DNA of 64,000 nt from a virus, in IMG/VR virus record IMGVR_UViG_3300034093_003283; one strand, written 5' to 3'. The notes under the pieces are model-generated. The model saw nothing but the letters and a program-made list of their open reading frames with translations. It was not told where the DNA came from and ran no database searches. The position numbers were made by a program, and so were the translations under genes. Shown here piece by piece: positions 59,034 to 64,000 of this stretch; positions within the stretch are counted from its first letter, which is position 1, and every line of letters begins with the position of its first letter.

Positions 59034-59156
59034 TTTGTTTTGCTGATGTAAGCCATGAGGTAAACGTCAACCTTGAGTAACTCTGTATAGAAACGGTAAT
59101 TGCTGCAGCTAATTCCGTTGAGCATAGCAAATAGTGCGTCAGCAAAACAAATGGTA
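59029..59156 (+). ncRNA. Structured spacer RNA closed by a 22-bp stem
   Basis: TACCATTTGTTTTGCTGATGTA pairs with TGCGTCAGCAAAACAAATGGTA (20 Watson-Crick pairs plus 2 GU). Confidence 0.55.
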
Positions 59157-59162
59157 GTTTAT

Positions 59163-59237
59163 GGAGGTATAACTTAACGGCGAAAGTAGCTGGCTTTTAA
59201 CCAGTAAATCAGAGTTCGATTCTCTGTGCCTCTACCA
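59163..59237 (+). tRNA. tRNA-Lys(TTT)
   Basis: Cloverleaf; CT-TTT-AA loop; CCA. Confidence 0.9.
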
Positions 59238-59317
59238 TATAAAAACACATTTCAATAGTTTCGACTGTGATGGATAGTTTCTGTTTAGTACAGTATCCGA
59301 AGTGTGTTTCTATATGG
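59235..59317 (+). ncRNA. Structured spacer RNA, closing stem related to 58302-58398
   Basis: CCATATA-A-AAACACATTTC pairs with GAAGTGTGTTT-C-TATATGG. Confidence 0.5.
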
Positions 59318-59408
59318 AGCAATTGATGCTATGGCGTGTGCATCGGCGGACTGTAAATCCGTCCCCTCCGGGTAAACAATCTTGGTTCGACTCCAAGTTG
59401 CTCCACCA
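59316..59408 (+). tRNA. tRNA-Tyr(GTA)
   Basis: GGAGCAA/TTGCTCC; extended D stem; long variable arm; CCA. Confidence 0.85.
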
Positions 59409-59410
59409 AA

Positions 59411-59592
59411 TCCCGGTACTACTTCCGTTAAAGTAGCGTTTGATTAGCGATAGAGATCCGGTGGCAGAAGACCGTTAGCGGAGTAATCCTGAATCTGATA
59501 GGCAGAATCTCACTGCACACAGACTCCGAATAAATGAGATGGACAGAGTAACTGCTCAATTAAGGGCTGGCGTGGAACCCAGTAGCTTATAC
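59411..59592 (+). ncRNA. Unidentified multi-hairpin RNA (~180 nt)
   Basis: Non-coding gap between tRNAs with consecutive hairpins (CTACTT/AAGTAG, CGGT/ACCG, GGA-GTAA-TCC, ATCTCA/TGAGAT, CTGG/CCAG). Confidence 0.55.
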
Positions 59593-59598
59593 TAATTT

Positions 59599-59673
59599 GG
59601 TCTCAAAGTGTTCATGGACGCACGTATGCCTGTCACGCATAAAGAAGGGGATCGTTACCCCTTGGGACCGCCA
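59599..59673 (+). tRNA. tRNA-Asp(GTC)
   Basis: CT-GTC-AC loop; G73; CCA; T-loop reads ATCGTTA. Confidence 0.88.
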
Positions 59674-59681
59674 AGTTTTAT

Positions 59682-59757
59682 TCCGCAGTAGCTCAGTCGG
59701 TAGAGTAGATGACTGTTAATCATTTGGTCGGTGGTTCGAGCCCACCCTGTGGAGCCA
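59682..59757 (+). tRNA. tRNA-Asn(GTT)
   Basis: Canonical cloverleaf; CCA. Confidence 0.93.
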
Positions 59758-59765
59758 ATTTTTTC

Positions 59766-59842
59766 CCGTGTGTAGCTCAGCTAGGTAGAGCTCTTGGTTT
59801 GGGACCAAGTGGTCGCATGTTCGAATCGTGTCACACGGACCA
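59766..59842 (+). tRNA. tRNA-Pro(TGG), second divergent copy
   Basis: CCGTGTG/CACACGG; TT-TGG-GA loop; CCA. Confidence 0.92.
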
Positions 59843-59895
59843 ATTTCGCCTTTGTTGACGGCGTATAATAGGATAAGTTGTCAACAACAAATTTT

Positions 59896-59970
59896 GGGCT
59901 GGTAGTGATAATGGGAGCACAGGGGCTTTGCAAGCCTTTAGTCGGGGTTCGATCCCCCGCCGGTCCACCA
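59896..59970 (+). tRNA. tRNA-Ala(TGC)
   Basis: G3-U70 identity pair; TT-TGC-AA loop; CCA. Confidence 0.9.
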
Positions 59971-59975
59971 AATTC

Positions 59976-60050
59976 GGTTCAGTAGCACAGTGGTAGTGCA
60001 ACTCCTTCATACGGAGTAGGTCGTTGGCTCGTATCCAACCTGAACCACCA
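59976..60050 (+). tRNA. tRNA with CAT anticodon (elongator Met or Ile2)
   Basis: GGTTCAG/CTGAACC; TT-CAT-AC loop; CCA; T-loop reads CTCGTAT. Confidence 0.85.
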
Positions 60051-60054
60051 GTAT

Positions 60055-60130
60055 GGGTCTTTAACTCAGTGAACAGAGTACTTGGCTACGAACCAAGAAG
60101 TCGTAGGTTTGAATCCTACAAGACCCTCCA
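60055..60130 (+). tRNA. tRNA-Arg(ACG)
   Basis: GGGTCTT/AAGACCC; CT-ACG-AA loop; CCA. Confidence 0.88.
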
Positions 60131-60131
60131 A

Positions 60132-60352
60132 GCCGTTCCGCTTTGTTAGCGGATACTGTGACCCACAGGATAGAAGTGAGGTGACTCTCACGGGTGGTAG
60201 TCTTTAAACCGAAAGGCCGCTGGCAGTGCGATAACGGTCCTGGTCGGGAAGCGGGTGGAGGGTGTGTGTTACAAGGCGTTGAACCAAACGGGGAGCCAAG
60301 TAACAACGGTGCGAGCTGACACACTAAATTACCGCCGCAGGACGCAGAGCAT
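60132..60352 (+). ncRNA. Unidentified GC-rich structured RNA (~220 nt)
   Basis: Nested stems (GTCCTG/CAGGAC, GCGG/CCGC, GTGTGT/ACACAC, TGTTAC/GTAACA) and GNRA loops (GAAA, GCGA). Confidence 0.6.
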
Positions 60353-60356
60353 TTAT

Positions 60357-60430
60357 ACCCCGTTAGCTCAAAGGTAGAGCACCCGGCTGATAACCGGGAG
60401 ACAGAGGATCGTTACCTCTACAGGGTACCA
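60357..60430 (+). tRNA. tRNA-Ile(GAT)
   Basis: CT-GAT-AA loop; CCA; T-loop reads ATCGTTA. Confidence 0.9.
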
Positions 60431-60436
60431 AATTTT

Positions 60437-60510
60437 TTCTCGCTGGTGTAATGGCAGCATAGCGGTCTCCAAAACCGTTGGTTGGGGTTCGAGTCCCTAG
60501 CGGGAAGCCA
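60437..60510 (+). tRNA. tRNA-Trp(CCA)
   Basis: CT-CCA-AA loop; G73; CCA. Confidence 0.9.
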
Positions 60511-60531
60511 ATTTTTATAAAGGTGATTGAT

Positions 60532-61020
60532 ATGAAAAAGTTCGACATAGAAGAAGTCAAAACATTCCTTGCAAAACAAGGACAAGATACCAAAGTGTAC
60601 CTTGGTGCTGACTCTGAAAGAATTAGAGTTAACGGTGTTTGGTATGCTGATTATGCTTTGGCTGTCGTAGTTCATATTGATGGCCGCCACGGTTGTAAGA
60701 TATTTGGTTATGTAGATAGAGAAATGGATTATGACCATAAGAAAAGTAAACCTGCTATGCGTCTGATGACAGAAGTATACAAGGTTTCAGAATTGTTCCA
60801 AAACTTGGCTGACGTATTAGAAGATTTTCATGTTGAAGTTCATTTGGACTTGAACAAATCTGATGAATTCGGAAGTTCATGTGTTGTGCAACAAGCAATA
60901 GGTTATATCAAAGGTACATGTAACATGACACCGATGGTTAAACCAGATGCACCTGCTGCTAGTTTCTGTGCCGATAGATTGAAAAGAATCTTGGCCGAAC
61001 AAGAAGCAGTGCATGTCTAA
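60532..61020 (+). CDS. RNase H-like YkuK/DUF458 family protein
   Basis: 'Y.G.DS', 'RL..EV', 'EVHLD.N', 'VKP.A.AAS..AD'; ATG at 60532 after AAGGTG. Confidence 0.75.
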   Translation: MKKFDIEEVKTFLAKQGQDTKVYLGADSERIRVNGVWYADYALAVVVHIDGRHGCKIFGYVDREMDYDHKKSKPAMRLMTEVYKVSELFQNLADVLEDFHVEVHLDLNKSDEFGSSCVVQQAIGYIKGTCNMTPMVKPDAPAASFCADRLKRILAEQEAVHV

Positions 61021-61051
61021 CAGACCTCCAAAGTAATTAAGTTTACTTTGG

Positions 61052-61127
61052 GCAGTGCTTAGTGTAGTGGTCTGCACCTCTCGCTGTGACCGAGATAGTA
61101 TGAGTTCGATCCTCATAGTGCTGCCCA
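61052..61127 (+). tRNA. tRNA-His(GTG)
   Basis: G-1:C73 pair; CT-GTG-AC loop; CCA. Confidence 0.9.
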
Positions 61128-61137
61128 AAGTAAATTT

Positions 61138-61212
61138 GCCTTGTTAACTCAGCGGTAGAGTGTCTCCCTTACAAGGAGAAGGTCGGCGGTTCGATCCCGT
61201 CACAAGGTACCA
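61138..61212 (+). tRNA. tRNA-Val(TAC)
   Basis: Canonical cloverleaf; CCA. Confidence 0.93.
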
Positions 61213-61216
61213 ACAT

Positions 61217-61292
61217 GCTGCTTTAGCTGATGTGGTCATAGCGCTGGTTTGAAGAACCAGTGAAAGAGGTTCGATCCCTCTAGGCAGCACCA
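61217..61292 (+). tRNA. tRNA-Phe(GAA)
   Basis: TT-GAA-GA loop; CCA. Confidence 0.88.
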
Positions 61293-61300
61293 ATTATTAT

Positions 61301-61377
61301 ACCCAAGTGACGAAATTGGCAAACGTGTCTCTCTCAAAAGGAGAATTTTGTGGGTTCGAATCCCATCTTGGGTACCA
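61301..61377 (+). tRNA. tRNA-Leu(CAA), short variable loop
   Basis: ACCCAAG/CTTGGGT; CT-CAA-AA loop; CCA. Confidence 0.88.
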
Positions 61378-61378
61378 T

Positions 61379-61452
61379 GCTCTCATAGTATAATGGCATT
61401 ACACATCCTTGGTAAGGATGAAAACCAAGTTCAATCCTTGGTGGGAGCACCA
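61379..61452 (+). tRNA. tRNA-Thr(GGT)
   Basis: TT-GGT-AA loop; CCA. Confidence 0.9.
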
Positions 61453-61601
61453 ATATTTTTTATTTCATCCAGTACAAAAAGCTGTTGCCTTGTTTCAAAG
61501 GATGGTGTAAAATCATTGCTGTTGGTGAATGATTTTGTTTCTTGATATGATTCCAATTTATTGGCCATATCGTATAAATCTTTAACATAATTTTTTTCCA
61601 T
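61431..61601 (-). CDS. Small antisense hypothetical protein (56 aa) inside the tRNA array
   Basis: Fills the Thr-Leu gap; ATG at 61601 lies just downstream of a minus-strand AATAAATA late-promoter-like box. Confidence 0.4.
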   Translation of the reverse strand: MEKNYVKDLYDMANKLESYQETKSFTNSNDFTPSFETRQQLFVLDEIKNIGAPTKD

Positions 61602-61614
61602 AGAAGTATTTATT

Positions 61615-61691
61615 GCCCCGGTGACGGAATTGGTATACGTGTTGGTCTTAGAAGCCAAATTTTGAGAGTTCGAGTCTCTCCTGGGGCACCA
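61615..61691 (+). tRNA. tRNA-Leu(TAG), short variable loop
   Basis: GCCCCGG/CTGGGGC; CT-TAG-AA loop; CCA. Confidence 0.9.
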
Positions 61692-61698
61692 AGTTTTT

Positions 61699-61768
61699 AG
61701 TTACAGTCAGTACTGTGGGAAGTACAGGTGGACAACACCAGGACAAGGTTCGAATCCAAACTGTAATT
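61699..61768 (+). pseudogene. tRNA-like cloverleaf without CCA (pseudo-tRNA or mimic)
   Basis: TTACAGT/ACTGTAA closing stem, GTACT/AGTAC arm, GGTG-GACAA-CACC arm, GG-TTCGAAT-CC T-loop. Confidence 0.45.
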
Positions 61769-61771
61769 TTT

Positions 61772-61846
61772 CTGGCGTTAGTATAATGGACAATACAGTA
61801 GGCTTCTACCCTTCTAATGGGAGTTCGATTCTCTCACGCCGGACCA
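61772..61846 (+). tRNA. tRNA-Arg(TCT)
   Basis: CT-TCT-AC loop; CCA. Confidence 0.87.
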
Positions 61847-61850
61847 GATT

Positions 61851-61933
61851 GCGAGTATGGTGGAATAGGTAGACACAAGAGACTTAAAATCTCTCGCTTC
61901 GGCGTACCGGTTCGATTCCGGTTACTCGTACCA
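61851..61933 (+). tRNA. tRNA-Leu(TAA)
   Basis: CT-TAA-AA loop; variable arm CGC-TTCG-GCG; CCA. Confidence 0.92.
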
Positions 61934-61951
61934 AGTATACCAAAATATTGG

Positions 61952-61980
61952 TTGACAGTTGAATAGAAAGCATATATAAT
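61952..61980 (+). promoter_or_regulatory. Sigma70 promoter for tRNA-Gly(GCC) and tRNA-Thr(TGT)
   Basis: TTGACA-17 nt-TATAAT. Confidence 0.8.
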
Positions 61981-61989
61981 AACTCTATT

Positions 61990-62064
61990 GCGGGTATGGT
62001 GCTAGTGGTAACACAAGACCTTGCCAAGGTTTAGTTGTGAGTTCGATTCTCACTACCCGCTCCA
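61990..62064 (+). tRNA. tRNA-Gly(GCC)
   Basis: GCGGGTA/TACCCGC; U73; CCA. Confidence 0.92.
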
Positions 62065-62069
62065 GATTC

Positions 62070-62143
62070 GCCCTATTAGTATAATGGTATTACACCTGTT
62101 TTGTAATCAGGTTACGGCAGTTCGATTCTGTCATGGGGCACCA
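62070..62143 (+). tRNA. tRNA-Thr(TGT)
   Basis: TT-TGT-AA loop; CCA. Confidence 0.9.
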
Positions 62144-62151
62144 AATAAGTA

Positions 62152-62180
62152 TTGACTACAACAGATTTTTAGTGTATAAT
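62152..62180 (+). promoter_or_regulatory. Sigma70 promoter for tRNA-Gly(TCC)
   Basis: TTGACT-17 nt-TATAAT. Confidence 0.75.
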
Positions 62181-62189
62181 AGTTTATGT

Positions 62190-62263
62190 GCGGGATTAGT
62201 TTAATGGTAAAACAGCAGATTTCCAATCTTCGGTCATCAGTTCGATTCTGATATCCCGCTCCA
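62190..62263 (+). tRNA. tRNA-Gly(TCC)
   Basis: GCGGGAT/ATCCCGC; U73; CCA. Confidence 0.92.
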
Positions 62264-62269
62264 TTTAAT

Positions 62270-62336
62270 GCGGTCGTTATAGAACAGTTTAGGTGTCCAA
62301 CTTAAGCAGTATGTGCGAATCATACAGGCCGCTCCA
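62270..62336 (+). ncRNA. D-arm-less tRNA-Gly(TCC)-like RNA (67 nt)
   Basis: GCGGTC/GGCCGC acceptor with T-CCA end, 7-bp stem with TG-TCC-AA loop, GTATG-TGCGAAT-CATAC T arm, no D stem. Confidence 0.6.
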
Positions 62337-62354
62337 TTTATTTTTGAGGTCATT

Positions 62355-62600
62355 ATGAACATCACACCACTTGCAAATAAAATTGTTATTAAACGAATCG
62401 AAGGTTCTAAGCAAACAGAATCAGGCATCATTCTACAGAGAACAGATGAACCTGATAGAGCAGAAGTTATGGCCATCGGTCCTGATGTTGATGAAGTTTC
62501 TGTTGGTGATATTGTTCTTTTGGATTGGAATGCTGCAATGAAATCCGGCGACTACTATGTTGCCAAAATTGATGGCGTAGTTTTCGTATACGGAGAATAA
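62355..62600 (+). CDS. groES: GroES-like co-chaperonin
   Basis: 'I.PL..KIVIKR......T.SGIIL......A.V.AIG......V.VGD.VL'. Confidence 0.85.
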   Translation: MNITPLANKIVIKRIEGSKQTESGIILQRTDEPDRAEVMAIGPDVDEVSVGDIVLLDWNAAMKSGDYYVAKIDGVVFVYGE

Positions 62601-62601
62601 A

Positions 62602-62823
62602 ATGTCTGATGGTGGTAAAGGTTCTAACCCAAGACCATTTAGTGTTTCACAGGAAACATTTGGTGATAACTTTGATGCAATCTTTCGTAAGCCATCACCA
62701 AAAGAAATAGAAGATGCTAAAGCCGAACAAGAAGAATTCGATAGAATCTTAGAAGATAATCTTAAACGCACTAGGCATGAATTCGATAAAAACGTTATTA
62801 TGAAACCTGAATTTTTCGAATAA
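62602..62823 (+). CDS. Small hypothetical phage protein
   Basis: SD GGAG; 'GGKGS.PRP.SV....F..N.D.IF' N-terminus. Confidence 0.6.
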   Translation: MSDGGKGSNPRPFSVSQETFGDNFDAIFRKPSPKEIEDAKAEQEEFDRILEDNLKRTRHEFDKNVIMKPEFFE

Positions 62824-62830
62824 ATATTAT

Positions 62831-62903
62831 AGCGGGTTGGTGAAACAGTATCACAGTGGGCTCATAATCCTCAGTTCCGGTGCAAATCCGTGACCCGCAA
62901 CCA
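62831..62903 (+). tRNA. Initiator tRNA-fMet(CAT)-like
   Basis: 1:72 mismatch (A/A), GGG at the base of the anticodon stem, CAT, CCA; weak T stem. Confidence 0.8.
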
Positions 62904-62904
62904 A

Positions 62905-63678
62905 TTACTCTCTATACATATTAGATAAGAATTCTGCCTCAGGAATTCTAGTTCTTGTATTCTTACTACCAAGAACAACAACAATCCTATTCCCAATATT
63001 AGTGTCCAAGAATAATGTTATGCATCCACCAGATGCACTAATGTATCCTGTTTTACTGACAACAATATTTTGGTGAGTGCCAATCAATGGATTGGTATTA
63101 CGAAAAACAAACCACTTATTTTTAATTTGTATTTTTATTTCAGACTTACGGCTAGCGTATCTGATGTTGCCATAGAAACTCGCTTCTCTTGTAAGTTTAA
63201 TTAATTGTCTTGCAGTACTAACATTTCGTGCATCTAATCCAGTTGGTTCATACACAACCGTATTTGTCATTTCCAAACTTCTAATTTTTTGGTTCATTGC
63301 TTGTACACATTCGACCAATCCACCAGGATAATGTTCACAAAGAGTTAGTGCAGCTCTATTGTCACTGGCTGTTATTGTTAGGTTTATTAATTCCAACCTA
63401 GTTAATTTTTGATTGTTTCTTGGTAACTTGTCGGCCAATTTTGTTGTCATTGTTATTTTTTCATCAACATTTTGGTTTGCATCTAAGACAACCATAACAG
63501 TCAACAGTTTTGTTATACTAGCAATTGGCCGGACCACATCAATATTTTCACCATCAATAATATTACCACGTATATCCGATATCAACCAGGATTTTGCGGT
63601 GATGGGTTTTGCTGAGACAACTTGTTGATTAAAAAGTATGGTGAAAAATAGCAAATAAGTAAAAATTTTGTATAACAA
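62905..63678 (-). CDS. D-Ala-D-Ala carboxy/endopeptidase (peptidase S11, PbpG/DacA-like)
   Basis: Signal-peptide-like N-terminus; SxxK (ASITK), SxN (SDN) and KTG motifs. Confidence 0.88.
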   Translation of the reverse strand: MLYKIFTYLLFFTILFNQQVVSAKPITAKSWLISDIRGNIIDGENIDVVRPIASITKLLTVMVVLDANQNVDEKITMTTKLADKLPRNNQKLTRLELINLTITASDNRAALTLCEHYPGGLVECVQAMNQKIRSLEMTNTVVYEPTGLDARNVSTARQLIKLTREASFYGNIRYASRKSEIKIQIKNKWFVFRNTNPLIGTHQNIVVSKTGYISASGGCITLFLDTNIGNRIVVVLGSKNTRTRIPEAEFLSNMYRE

Positions 63679-63703
63679 TCAAACACCTCATCAAAGTTTT
63701 GAA

Positions 63704-63994
63704 TCATGGTGATTCAATTTGTGGTTTACAAGCTCTAGCATTATTAAATGAGGTTGTGTATATGGATTTCTTTTCACCTTTTTGACTGGTGGTAACCAAA
63801 CATTTGTATTCACAGACTTGTAATCCTTTTTCATTCGTAAAACTCTTTTCCAATTGACAATAGTTCTTATCGTTAATTGAAGATGCTTTTGTATATATGA
63901 TAGCATCCGGCATAAAATTTATATTGATGGTCGGATGAGTAACCATCAACGTTGCACTGGTTGTCAACAATGTAAAAAGTAATTTATTTTTCAT
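63704..63994 (-). CDS. Small secreted or membrane hypothetical protein with 4 Cys
   Basis: Hydrophobic N-terminus; co-oriented with the peptidase gene. Confidence 0.5.
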   Translation of the reverse strand: MKNKLLFTLLTTSATLMVTHPTININFMPDAIIYTKASSINDKNYCQLEKSFTNEKGLQVCEYKCLVTTSQKGEKKSIYTTSFNNARACKPQIESP

Positions 63995-64000
63995 CTATAG

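Noticed and set aside
59852-59887. TTGACG and TATAAT in the Pro-Ala spacer as a promoter
   Set aside because: The boxes are only 4 nt apart; the segment is a simple hairpin (TTGTTGACGGC/GTTGTCAACAA).
59411-60352. RNase P RNA, tmRNA or SRP RNA identity for the two structured spacers
   Set aside because: The hallmark sequences (RNase P GAGGAAAGTCC, tmRNA tRNA-like ends and tag ORF, SRP CAGG-GGAA-GCAG loop) could not be found by eye.
57939-60738. ORF-track entries overlapping the leader and tRNAs (for example 57939-58199, 58374-58613, 60061-60324)
   Set aside because: They run through tRNA genes or structured RNAs and are better explained as chance open frames.
1-64000. Stop-codon reassignment
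   Set aside because: Core genes are full length in the standard code, and no CTA, TTA or TCA anticodon was found. TAG, TAA and TGA in the tRNA list are Leu and Ser anticodons.

Overview
A 64-kb segment of a large, AT-rich, T4-like myovirus genome. Nearly all genes are on the + strand and read through in the standard genetic code. 1-25.8 kb: an expanded set of virion fibre/appendage genes (Ala/Asn-rich 'ANxAFxxAN' repeat stalks, small ~110-aa adaptor-like proteins, LamG/ConA-lectin proteins, glycine-rich proteins). 25.9-41.2 kb: the T4 morphogenesis core (gp13-gp23, gp3). 41.3-57.9 kb: recombination, replication and regulation genes (uvsY, uvsW, gp55, gp47/46, gp1, gp45/44/62, regA) interleaved with accessory genes (RmlC, cytidylyltransferase, methyltransferase, peptide deformylase, DUF4338/DruA-like protein, glycosyltransferase, Hsp20 behind a ROSE-like thermometer, dCMP deaminase). 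56.7-62.9 kb: about 30 tRNA genes covering all 20 amino acids, plus several atypical tRNAs and unexplained structured RNAs. The most striking item sits directly in front of the tRNA array and is absent from the ORF track: a sigma70 promoter, a 39-codon leader ORF that uses all 20 amino acids (first 27 codons all different), and mutually exclusive antiterminator/terminator pairings. This looks like a ribosome-dependent attenuator that samples the whole tRNA pool and gates transcription into the phage tRNA array, which also carries rRNA-type boxA motifs. All calls come from reading the sequence by eye; no searches or folding programs were run.
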